Assembly: GCF_000015805.1 (NCBI RefSeq)
Contig: NC_009073.1
Location: 390,001 to 422,000, forward strand
Source of the DNA: Pyrobaculum calidifontis JCM 11548
Lineage (GTDB): Archaea > Thermoproteota > Thermoprotei > Thermoproteales > Thermoproteaceae
Length of the DNA: 32,000 nt
Reading direction: 5' to 3'
The position numbers were made by a program, and so were the translations under genes. Below the pieces are notes generated by a model, which made no database searches, had not been told where the DNA came from, and saw nothing but the letters and a program-made list of their open reading frames with translations. Positions 15,926 through 23,987 of this stretch are shown piece by piece (the first letter of the stretch is position 1; every line of letters starts with the position of its first letter).

Positions 15926-17089
15926 TTGGCTGTGAGGCGCGTGGTAGCCGTGGTTGGCGTGGCTAGGTTTGTGCGGTACTTCATCTTGGGGCATCTCGCA
16001 GTTTCTCTGCCCATCGCCTTGGAGGCCTCCGCTGGAGGCGCGGCGGGGGCTGGCGCAGTGTTGTCTCTGGCGGGGCTTATATCTCTCGGCGCCTCCATTG
16101 CCTACAGCGTGGTGGGAGACGTAGTGAGACACGCCAGGGGGCTTGCGATCAGCGAGACCGCGTTTGCCCTCGGCCTCTTGGCTTTGGCCCATGTGAAAAA
16201 TCCTTGGCTTTTGGCCCTGGCGCTTGGGCTGGGGGGCATGGGGACTTTGGGCCCCGGCGCCACTAGGGGGGCCTTTGTGCCTCTCATATTGGCCGTGATT
16301 AGAGATCACAGCAAAAGCCACGTGGAAAGCGCCAAGGCCATCGGCGTTGTGAACTCCATATCCACATTAGGGGGCATACTGGGCTCTGCTACGGCCGGTT
16401 TCACCGACTTGCGCCACTCTATACCGCCTTACTCGGCCGTGGCCCTTGGGACAGCCCTCCTAATTGCCGTGGCGCTGGGGCGGGGCGAGAGAGTTAGGGC
16501 AGTGAACCCGCTTAAGAGAGTGGCAACTAGGGGGAGAGAGGTGGCGGGCTACTCTCTCAGCCAATTCGTGGCCGGGGTGGGCATAGGTCTCTCAATGCCC
16601 CTCCTCTCTCTGTGGCTACACGCATACATGGGGCTCGACGAGGCAACAATAGGTCTCATCTTCGCGGTGGGCAACGGCGCCTTTATGGTGTCTTCCCTCT
16701 TCGCGTATAGGCTCGTGGAGGCTCTGGGGCTTGTAAGAGCCGCCGTGGTGAGCCGCGTGGCCTCGGGCATGCTCTTGGCCTCATTGCCAATTTTCAGAGA
16801 AGTAGTGCCGTTCGCAGTGGCCTTTGTCTTCTACAACGCCGCGGTGGGCATTGGAGGTACGGCGCGCTCCTCCTACATCTCCTCCGTGGCGCCCGTGGGC
16901 AGCGAAGCCACTACGCCCGCCGTTTCTAACATAGCCATTAGGGCGAGCTCTGTGCCCTCGGTGGCGCTGTCTGGGTACATAATGGAGCTGGAGCCAGCGG
17001 CGGCGATGCCCCTGGCAGGCCTTATGCTAATAGCCGCGGGGGCCATAATGTGGAAGATGTTGAAAGAGCCCGAGGAGTTTACACACTAG
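15926..17089 (+). CDS. Polytopic membrane transporter, probably MFS
   Basis: 387 aa with ~10-12 hydrophobic helices and a central charged loop ([21 protein letters not shown]). No sharp family motif. Start is TTG 15926 or GTG 15932. Confidence 0.6.
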   Translation: MAVRRVVAVVGVARFVRYFILGHLAVSLPIALEASAGGAAGAGAVLSLAGLISLGASIAYSVVGDVVRHARGLAISETAFALGLLALAHVKNPWLLALALGLGGMGTLGPGATRGAFVPLILAVIRDHSKSHVESAKAIGVVNSISTLGGILGSATAGFTDLRHSIPPYSAVALGTALLIAVALGRGERVRAVNPLKRVATRGREVAGYSLSQFVAGVGIGLSMPLLSLWLHAYMGLDEATIGLIFAVGNGAFMVSSLFAYRLVEALGLVRAAVVSRVASGMLLASLPIFREVVPFAVAFVFYNAAVGIGGTARSSYISSVAPVGSEATTPAVSNIAIRASSVPSVALSGYIMELEPAAAMPLAGLMLIAAGAIMWKMLKEPEEFTH

Positions 17090-18623
17090 CTCCGTATCCT
17101 CCCCCTCCTGGGGTTTCTATTACCACCTCGTCGCCCTCCTCCAGCTCCACAGTGGCGCTTTCAATTTCCTCAACGGCGCCGTTCTTCCTTCTTATCACAA
17201 CTTTGGCAGGCTTGCCCGGCTCGCCGCCTTCTAGGCCCCAGGGCCCCATTTTGAACCTAGAGGCTATTATTGAAAGCGTCGACTTTGACAAGACTTTGAA
17301 AGATCTCACTATGCCGTCTCCCCCCGGCCACTTGCCGCGCCCACCGCTCCCCTCCCTTATCTTATACGCGGTGAATTTTAGGGGGAACTCCCTCTCCGCG
17401 ATCTCAATCGGCGTGTTTAACGTGTTCGTCATATTTACATGGACGCCGGAGACGCCGGGCGAGCCGGGCCTCCCCCCAGTGCCTCCCCCCACCGTCTCGT
17501 AGTAGGACCAGTAGCGGCCTTTCCAGAAGCCGCCTATCATGACGTTCATCATAGTCCCAGAGCCCGCGGCGGGTATTCTGCCCCGCAACGCCTTTGACAA
17601 AGCGAGGAAGGTCACGTCTGCCACCCTCTGGCTCGTCTCCAAGTTGCCTGCTCCCACGGCGGCTGGCTTGACGGGGTTTACCAAGGTGCCTTGAGGAGCC
17701 TCCACGCTTATTACCTCGTAGAAGCCGTGGTTTGTGGGTACGTCTACGCCGAGGGCTGACCTAACTGCGAAGGAGACGGACGAGAAGGTGACTCCAAGCA
17801 CGGCGTTTACGGGGGCCTCCACTTGTCTACTTGTCCCCGTGAAATCCGCCTTGATGCCCCTCTCCGATATCTCCAGGGCTATGCGTATGGGGAGGAGCTC
17901 GCCTCTCCAGTCGAGGTAGTCCTCCGCCCTGTAGACCCCCTTGGGCCACTTCTCCACCTCGGCCAGAGTCAGCCTCCTCCCGTATTCAACGGCCTCCTCC
18001 CAGCCCTTTGCCGCGTCGCCGAATTTTTCAAAAAGGTCTTTTACCCGGGCGGCGCCTACTCTAGAAGCCGCCAGTTGCGCCTCTAAGTCGCCTCTTGCGT
18101 AGTCCGGGGTTTTAAAATTGGCTAGGATTATTGCCAAGACCTCTCTGTTGAGCTCGCCCCTCCTCAGTATCTTTACCGGGGGTATTACCACGCCCTCTTC
18201 GTACAAGGTCTTGGCCGCCGGGTTGAGAGAGGCTGGGAGAGGCCCTCCCACGTCTACGTAGTGGGCCTTGGAGGCTATGTATGCCACAAGTCTGCCCCGC
18301 CAGTGGACTGGGTACAGCACCATGACGTCGTTGAGGTGTGTGCCAGAGATGTAGGGGTCGTTGGTGAGCACCGCGTCGCCCTCCTCCAGCTCCACGCCCT
18401 CCTTTGACAAATAGTGCAAGAGGTTTTTAACGCCGACGTAGAAGGAGCCTAAGTGCACGGGGATGTGCTCCGCCTGTGCCACAATTCTCCCCTCGGCGTC
18501 TACCACAGCCACGCTGTGGTCCATCCTCTCCCTAATGTTGGGAGAGAAGGCGGAGTTCCTAAGCGCTATTCCCGCCTCCTCCGCGATGTACTCAGTGGCC
18601 TTGAAGACGAGCTCCCACTTCAT
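17079..18623 (-). CDS. hyuB: Hydantoinase B / oxoprolinase-family subunit
   Basis: Start trimmed to [42 protein letters not shown] (ATG 18623 overlaps the hyuA stop as ATGA). HIPVHLGS and the rest of the sequence match the Hydantoinase_B family. Confidence 0.9.
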   Translation of the reverse strand: MKWELVFKATEYIAEEAGIALRNSAFSPNIRERMDHSVAVVDAEGRIVAQAEHIPVHLGSFYVGVKNLLHYLSKEGVELEEGDAVLTNDPYISGTHLNDVMVLYPVHWRGRLVAYIASKAHYVDVGGPLPASLNPAAKTLYEEGVVIPPVKILRRGELNREVLAIILANFKTPDYARGDLEAQLAASRVGAARVKDLFEKFGDAAKGWEEAVEYGRRLTLAEVEKWPKGVYRAEDYLDWRGELLPIRIALEISERGIKADFTGTSRQVEAPVNAVLGVTFSSVSFAVRSALGVDVPTNHGFYEVISVEAPQGTLVNPVKPAAVGAGNLETSQRVADVTFLALSKALRGRIPAAGSGTMMNVMIGGFWKGRYWSYYETVGGGTGGRPGSPGVSGVHVNMTNTLNTPIEIAEREFPLKFTAYKIREGSGGRGKWPGGDGIVRSFKVLSKSTLSIIASRFKMGPWGLEGGEPGKPAKVVIRRKNGAVEEIESATVELEEGDEVVIETPGGGGYGASV

Positions 18624-20563
18624 AGCCTCATCTCCAATACGCCGTACTTCCCCACGGCCGCCTCCCACCGCGGCGGCACAACGGTGGTTGAGTTGTCCTC
18701 GACTATTAGGGCGGGGCCCTTTACTCTGTAGCCCAGGGGTAGCTGGGCCCTCTTGTACACCGCCGCCTTTGTCCACCCGTCGAAGTACACCTCCCTCTCC
18801 CCCACGTCAGGCGCCCCCTCCGACGGCGGATCTCTTAGGCGCGGCTTCGCCCGCTTGACTACGGCGAAGGCGCGGATTGTGACTACCTCCACCTCTCTGT
18901 CCAGGGTGAAGCCGTAGGTGGCCTTGTGCCGCTCCTCGAAGGCCCTCTTCACCGCCTCGGGAGATACGTCGGCGCCTAGGGGCACCGTCAGCTCCCACCC
19001 CTGGCCTTTGTACCTCACGTCTGCCAGTCTCACGTAGTAGTCGGGCTTGTAGATAGACAGCTGTTGCTCAAGCAGGCGGAAGCCCTCCGCCAAATCGCGG
19101 GGATACGCCATGCGGGCCTCGAATTTGAAGTCCGCCATGAGCATGCCAAGGGAGGTAAATACGCCTGGCATAGGCGGTATCAACACCCTGCTGATACCCA
19201 TCTCCTCAGCCACCTCTGCCGCGTGTTGCGGCCCCGCGCCGCCGAAGGCCATTATGGCAAAGGACGAGGGGTCGAGCCCCCTTTCCACTGTGACCAACCG
19301 TATAGCCCTCGCCATTTCTAGGTTTATCAACTTTACAGCGGACGCAGCCACGTCGACGGGGTCCCCCAACTTGGCCAACGCCTTCTCAGCCGCCCTTGGG
19401 TCCAGCTTGACGGCGCCGCCGGCTAAGGCCTCGGGAATTCTGCCCAAGACCAAGTTGGCGTCTGTCACCGTGGGCTCTGCGCCGCCTCTGCCGTAGCACG
19501 CGGGGCCTGGGTCAGCTCCAGCGCTGAGGGGGCCCACCCTCAGGGCGCCCCCGGCATCTCTCCAGATAATCGTCCCCCCACCCGCCGAGACCTCGGCCAA
19601 GTCGACGAAGGGAAAGCGGACTGGGTAGCCCGACCCCTTGACTATCCTCCCCTTGTGGCTCTCTCCGCCCACCTCGTACTCCGTGGTGATAGAGGGCTCG
19701 AAGTCTACGACGACGCCGGCCTTGGCAGTGGTGCCGCCCATGTCAAACGACACAACTCTCCTTTCCCCCAACGCCTTGGCCAACTCTGCCGCCGCCACTA
19801 CTCCCGCGGCGGGGCCCGACTCCACCAGCTGGACGGGGCGCCGTGCCGCCTCTTCCACGGTGACTAAGCCCCCAGAGCTGGCCATTACGTACATTCTCCC
19901 GCCTCTGGAGCGGACGTAGCTGTCCAGCTTGGCCAAGTACCTCCCCACCACCGGCATCAGCGCTGCGTTTACCACGGCAGTGGAAAACCGCTCGTACTCC
20001 CTGGGCTCCCACGCCACTTCATGAGAGGCGGTGACGTACTCGAAGTATTTGCGCAACACCTCCGCCGCCCTCCTCTCGTTGTCTGGATTTGCGTAAGAGT
20101 GTAGAAACCCCACCGCGGCCGCCACGGCGCCTGCGGCTCTGGCCTTCTCCGCAAGCGTAGACACCTCGGCCGGGTCGACCTGTTTTTCCACAGTGCCGTC
20201 TGGCAGAGTCCTCTCCTCTACCTCAAACCGGAGGTCCCTCGGCACTATTTGCCTAGGCTTTTGGAAAAACAAGTCGTAAAGCTGCGGCCTATTCTGCCTG
20301 CCTATCTCCAACACGTCTCTGAACCCCCTAGTGGTGAAGTAGGCCACTTTGGGGAGCTCAAGCCCCACCTGCCCCAGGAGGGCGTTTGTGCCAATGGTAG
20401 AGGCGTGTAAGACCTCGGAGAATTCCAGCCGCGAGAGGCCCTCCACCACGGCCCTCTCGGGCTCTCTTGGAGTAGACAAAATCTTAAATGCCGCCACTCT
20501 GCCCTCCTCGTCTACAGCCACGAAGTCTGTGAAGGTGCCGCCTACGTCTACTCCGACGATCAT
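18620..20563 (-). CDS. hyuA: Hydantoinase A / oxoprolinase-family subunit
   Basis: [18 protein letters not shown]-terminus, DMGGTTAK, and the ASKHA-fold pattern typical of Hydantoinase_A. 647 aa. Confidence 0.9.
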   Translation of the reverse strand: MIVGVDVGGTFTDFVAVDEEGRVAAFKILSTPREPERAVVEGLSRLEFSEVLHASTIGTNALLGQVGLELPKVAYFTTRGFRDVLEIGRQNRPQLYDLFFQKPRQIVPRDLRFEVEERTLPDGTVEKQVDPAEVSTLAEKARAAGAVAAAVGFLHSYANPDNERRAAEVLRKYFEYVTASHEVAWEPREYERFSTAVVNAALMPVVGRYLAKLDSYVRSRGGRMYVMASSGGLVTVEEAARRPVQLVESGPAAGVVAAAELAKALGERRVVSFDMGGTTAKAGVVVDFEPSITTEYEVGGESHKGRIVKGSGYPVRFPFVDLAEVSAGGGTIIWRDAGGALRVGPLSAGADPGPACYGRGGAEPTVTDANLVLGRIPEALAGGAVKLDPRAAEKALAKLGDPVDVAASAVKLINLEMARAIRLVTVERGLDPSSFAIMAFGGAGPQHAAEVAEEMGISRVLIPPMPGVFTSLGMLMADFKFEARMAYPRDLAEGFRLLEQQLSIYKPDYYVRLADVRYKGQGWELTVPLGADVSPEAVKRAFEERHKATYGFTLDREVEVVTIRAFAVVKRAKPRLRDPPSEGAPDVGEREVYFDGWTKAAVYKRAQLPLGYRVKGPALIVEDNSTTVVPPRWEAAVGKYGVLEMRL

Positions 20564-21792
20564 CTCCTTCTATAAAGCAAGACGCCCAAGAGGCCGATGG
20601 CCGCTAAGACGGCCAAGTAGAGGCCAGCAGTTAGGCGGCCGTATTGGAGTATGCTAGTCATTATGTAGGGCGCAGTGCCGGCGAAAATTGTGTTGCCGAA
20701 TTGGTATGCAGTAGAGACGCCGGTGTTTCTCACAAGTGTGGGAAATAATTCTGCGAGGTAGGCGGCTTCAGGCGTGTAGACAATTCCGTGGGCGATACCT
20801 GTTAATATGGCCAGTAAAAACAGTGTAGAGACATTCGAGAGACCTTGTTCCACGAGCAGGGCGGCTATTATAAACAGCAAAAAGCCAAAGACTATTGGGG
20901 GCACATTGCCTATACGCTCTGCGATAAATCCGCTTGCGATAATTCCGAGGAGATCAAGCACCGCGAATATCACCACTAGGAGGAATCTAGTGGTCGCATC
21001 TATGAGCTTCAAGGCGCTTGCGACATTTGGCAAAAACGTGTTTCCATAGTAAAACACCGCGCCTGCCGCCCCAGCTAGAAAAATGCCCACTATGAGAGGC
21101 TTCCAATATCTTGTGAATACATCGCCGATGGGGTTAGACGCCTTTTCCGCCGCGCGCTTGGCCTCAATATATTCAAAGGTTTCGCCAAATCTTAGTCTGA
21201 ATAATAGCCCTATAACCACTAGGACTAGCGATAGCATAAATGCAACTCTCCAGCCCCACGCCGCCGTCGCGCCTTCGCCAAAGGCTTGGACGAAAGCCAG
21301 CATAACGCCGGCAGCCAAGAGCAACCCAAGAGGGACGCCGCTTTGGACAAACATCATAAACAAGCGTTTGCGTTTAACGTTTTCAAATAGGTAATTTACC
21401 GCCGTTCCCCACTCACCTCCCAACGCCAAGCCTTGTAAAAGCCTGAGCACTATTACCGTAATCGTGGCGGCGAGCCCCCACTGCGCGTAAGACGGCACCG
21501 CGCCTATAAGCGCCGTGGCGAGCCCCGCCAGAGTCAAAGTCCAAAACATGGCAACTCTCCTCCCATAGCGATCGCCTATGTAACCAAAAAGAAGCGCACC
21601 TATGGGGCGGGCAAAAAAGCCTAGGGCAAAAGTGAGAAAGACGTTTGCCAATTGCACCAACGGATCCTTAGATGGGAAAAAGGCGGCTCCCACGTAGCTC
21701 GCCGCTACTGCGAACAAAAATGCGTCATACCACTCAAGCACAGTTCCAGAGGCAACACCAATAACGAGACCCGGAGATATTTTTACCGACAT
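20560..21792 (-). CDS. MFS transporter, metabolite:H+ symporter (MHS)-like
   Basis: LEWYDAFLFAVAA and GYIGDRYGRRVAM (MFS motif A). 12 TM helices. ATGA overlap with hyuA. Confidence 0.85.
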   Translation of the reverse strand: MSVKISPGLVIGVASGTVLEWYDAFLFAVAASYVGAAFFPSKDPLVQLANVFLTFALGFFARPIGALLFGYIGDRYGRRVAMFWTLTLAGLATALIGAVPSYAQWGLAATITVIVLRLLQGLALGGEWGTAVNYLFENVKRKRLFMMFVQSGVPLGLLLAAGVMLAFVQAFGEGATAAWGWRVAFMLSLVLVVIGLLFRLRFGETFEYIEAKRAAEKASNPIGDVFTRYWKPLIVGIFLAGAAGAVFYYGNTFLPNVASALKLIDATTRFLLVVIFAVLDLLGIIASGFIAERIGNVPPIVFGFLLFIIAALLVEQGLSNVSTLFLLAILTGIAHGIVYTPEAAYLAELFPTLVRNTGVSTAYQFGNTIFAGTAPYIMTSILQYGRLTAGLYLAVLAAIGLLGVLLYRRR

Positions 21793-21906
21793 AAGCGAAA
21801 TTTATAATGTATTTTTAAGTATCACACATAAAATTGTTCATGGCATAAGGAGAGAGCGGTAGCCAAATTCCCAACGATTTTTCAGCGCCTAAAAGTTATA
21901 AAGCTG

Positions 21907-22103
21907 GTGTAGCAACCCACTCCGACCCCCTCCTCCGCCCCAGGTTGCCCCGGGGCGGGTCATTGGTTCCCCGCATCTATTCGTTGCCACATCTGTCATC
22001 TGCGGGGCAGTCGGGGAGGCCGGAGTTCCCCCCATGTCGAATGCCCGGGGGCGATCCCCCGGGCGACAACGCATGTGAGAATGAACGAATGGATTTATAT
22101 GGA
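21907..22103 (-). ncRNA. GC-rich hairpin-dense element immediately 3' of tnpB (candidate omega-RNA scaffold / right end); strand unproven
   Basis: Stems: gcccggggg/cccccgggc (22043-22064), ccccgca/tgcgggg (21969-21975 with 22001-22007), ccgcccc/ggggcgg (21935-21941 with 21952-21958). The only ORF is a 61-aa Gly/Pro/Arg-rich artefact. Its position matches where TnpB guide RNAs are encoded. Confidence 0.35.
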
Positions 22104-23243
22104 TTAACTCGGCGTTAAGACCGCCAGTGGGGAAAAAGAGGGGTTACCCAACTTCTCGCGGGCTCTCTTTTCGATGTTGTATATCGCAACTATGTCTCTC
22201 CCAGCCTCAAAGCCGCATTTGACGCATTTCACTCTTCTATGGCCCACTTCTTCCATCTTCCCGCCGCATTTGGGACAGGTCGTAGATGTGCCTCTCGGCT
22301 CCACCTCTACTACCACTACGCCACGCTTAGCTGCCTGCCATTTCATCCACCATAGCAGGCGTCGGTATGCTAACAGCATTAGTCCCACGCGGTGTTCCTT
22401 TGTCAGCTCCCTTATTGCCTCTTTTAGGCCTGTCAAGTCTTCCACTGCCACCGCATACTGCCTCTCCCTTGCCTCTTCTACAATCCTTTTCGCAGTCTTC
22501 TTCGCCCAGTCCTCCACGATGTCTCTCGCTTTTTTGTGCAAGCGGCGTATCCTCTCTCTTATGCCGCCTCTCCTATTCCACGGCGTGTAGCGCGGCGCCG
22601 AGTACCTCCTCTGTAGTTTCTCAGCCAGCTCTCTCAGTCGCATGGCTTTCTCCACCGGCGTCTCCACCTTCTTCACCCACTGCGAATTGCCGTAGTAGAC
22701 ATACCGCTCGTTTATGTCGACGGCGATTACGCCCTTTGGCTTAACAAGCATGGGCTTCGGCACCTCCACCGCTATGTACAGATACATATCGCCGCCGCGG
22801 TACACCAGCTTAGCCTCTTTCCACTCTCCTTCCTTGTACTTCTCCTCTATGCCTACCACTCTTGCCTTGTATCCACCCGTGACGTATAGGTAGCCGTCTC
22901 TGACACGGTACGCATTCTTGTGAAGCCACATGTGCAAAGTATTCACCACCGGCATCCTTCCCCTAGCTCCGCTGGCCAAGTACGACCTCACTATTGCTAA
23001 GGCCTCCCTATAACACGCAGAGGCTATGTAAGACGGCAGTCCCATGGTCCTCAACTGCTCGTAGACGGCCCTGTATATTTTAGATAGCGTCGGTGGGCGG
23101 CCCTTCGCCCTTGCCGCTTCCACGGCCCACCTTATCGCCATGTTCAGCCCGTCGCGGTATCTTTTCAGTAGCTCAATCAGCTCAGGCGTCGGCTCCACCT
23201 TGGCCTTTACCGTCGCTATCAGCTTGTCGGTTTTACAAGCCAT
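22104..23243 (-). CDS. tnpB: TnpB (OrfB) RNA-guided-nuclease-type transposon protein, IS200/IS605 family (IS1341-like)
   Basis: RuvC-like D (VIAVDINERY), E (AVAVEDLTGLK) and D (AGRDIVAIYNI). Zn ribbon CPKCGGKMEEVGHRRVKCVKCG. 379 aa. Own TATA attataa at 23265-23271. Confidence 0.9.
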   Translation of the reverse strand: MACKTDKLIATVKAKVEPTPELIELLKRYRDGLNMAIRWAVEAARAKGRPPTLSKIYRAVYEQLRTMGLPSYIASACYREALAIVRSYLASGARGRMPVVNTLHMWLHKNAYRVRDGYLYVTGGYKARVVGIEEKYKEGEWKEAKLVYRGGDMYLYIAVEVPKPMLVKPKGVIAVDINERYVYYGNSQWVKKVETPVEKAMRLRELAEKLQRRYSAPRYTPWNRRGGIRERIRRLHKKARDIVEDWAKKTAKRIVEEARERQYAVAVEDLTGLKEAIRELTKEHRVGLMLLAYRRLLWWMKWQAAKRGVVVVEVEPRGTSTTCPKCGGKMEEVGHRRVKCVKCGFEAGRDIVAIYNIEKRAREKLGNPSFSPLAVLTPS

Positions 23244-23437
23244 GGCCGACTGTCGTTATAGCTCATTATAAGCCGTTTGGTGAAACTCTTTACAATTGAC
23301 AGAGTAGGCTGAAAGTAAGAAGAGGGAGGGGGAAAGGGGTTAACCCAGCGGGTGTCTTATTGCTTCCAGCTTATGGCCCTCAACGCGCCGCAGAGCCGCT
23401 AAGCGGCGTCTACGGAGAGGCCCACGGCCGCACACCC

Positions 23438-23621
23438 CTTTAAATTGAACAGGTTGCCGACTTGCGTGCAAGTCCGCCGCCGTTGACTCGACGTCTTCTC
23501 TCAGCGGGAGACGCTTTACAGACTTGTATCACAAGTCAGCAAAGGGGGCGACGGCGTGTAAAAACGGCGTAGCGACACCGCCAACTTGCAACCAAGTAGG
23601 CAAATTGTTCAATTTAAAGAG
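23438..23621. repeat. Symmetric 184-bp element with ~36-bp imperfect terminal inverted repeats (MITE-like or regulatory)
   Basis: Left arm ctttaaattgaacaggttgccgacttgcgtgcaagt (23438-23473) matches the reverse complement of 23584-23619 at 31/36 positions. The interior contains GACTTGTATCACAAGTC and other stems. Confidence 0.5.
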
Positions 23622-23636
23622 TGGGCTGGGTGAGTT

Positions 23637-23900
23637 ATGGTAATCTGCTTAACGTCGGGCGAGGCGCGGCGGCTGGACTTGGACTTCGACGCTGTGCTGG
23701 TGTTTTGGCCAAGTCTCCACATTTCGGCGAGGAGGGCCCTCGCCGCAAGGGGAGTGGACCCAGACGCGGTTGAGCTGGTAAACGCAGTACAGCTGGCGGG
23801 AAGGGCAAGAAGGGCCGAGGTAGTCGTGTTTGCAGACTGCCGATACGCAAAACACAGGCAATACTTGGAGCAGTTCTACCAACTCGAAGAGGTGGGTTAG
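23637..23900 (+). CDS. Small ORF resembling the C-terminal end of an SF2 (XPD/DinG-like) helicase; probably a gene remnant
   Basis: SGEARRLDLDFDAVLVFWPSL resembles EGIDxxxxxLxxVIIxGLP. AVQLAGRARRAEVVVFADCRY resembles motif VI Q-x-x-G-R-x-x-R followed by vvlLDxR. TATA aatttaaag lies 22 nt upstream. Only 87 aa. Confidence 0.4.
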   Translation: MVICLTSGEARRLDLDFDAVLVFWPSLHISARRALAARGVDPDAVELVNAVQLAGRARRAEVVVFADCRYAKHRQYLEQFYQLEEVG

Positions 23901-23907
23901 CTCCCGC

Positions 23908-23913
23908 TTTTTT
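23908..23913 (+). terminator. T6 run 8 nt after the stop
   Basis: tag ctcccgc tttttt cc. Confidence 0.3.
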
Positions 23914-23987
23914 CCTCCTATCCTTCTACGGCTTCATTCCGCCTGAACATGGGCCATAATTTTAATATACAGTTAGCTTCTACTTCT

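Larger units (their letters stand above)
21907..23350 (-). mobile_element. tnpB-only IS200/IS605-type insertion element; ends not defined
   Basis: tnpB plus flanking structured sequence. No tnpA is present. The motif ggggaaa(n)ggggtta(a)ccca occurs at 23329-23349 and 22130-22153. A single copy cannot fix the boundaries. Confidence 0.5.

Noticed and set aside
15880-16098. N-terminal extensions of the binding protein (to 16098) and of hyuB (18624-18776) in the ORF track.
   Set aside because: The extensions are Pro/Arg/Thr-rich and overlap neighbouring genes. Internal ATGs give a canonical signal/anchor (MNKYLAIG...) with a TATA box, or an ATGA coupling to hyuA.
17079-17089. Convergent gene-end overlaps: 17079-17089, 8433-8442 and 29488-29501.
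   Set aside because: These are ordinary features of a compact archaeal genome, not evidence of regulation or misannotation.
21889-22074. 61-aa minus-strand ORF inside the tnpB tail.
   Set aside because: Gly/Pro/Arg-rich translation of a hairpin-dense GC-rich segment. The paralogous copy at 29941-30060 does not keep the frame.
21907-22103. Could the structured element be RNase P RNA (reduced Pyrobaculum type) or SRP RNA?
   Set aside because: I could not find a convincing CR-I (GGAAAGUCC-like) / CR-V (ACAGAA..GGCUUA-like) pair able to form P4, nor SRP helix-8 motifs. A second paralogous copy in the window also argues against a single-copy housekeeping RNA. Only a covariance-model search could formally exclude this.
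23431-23630. Target-site duplication flanking the 184-bp inverted-repeat element, or a clean in-frame excision that would restore the helicase-like frame.
   Set aside because: No direct repeat is visible at the arm boundaries. Removing 184 bp does align the frames, but an in-frame TGA (23631-23633) still precedes the ATG.
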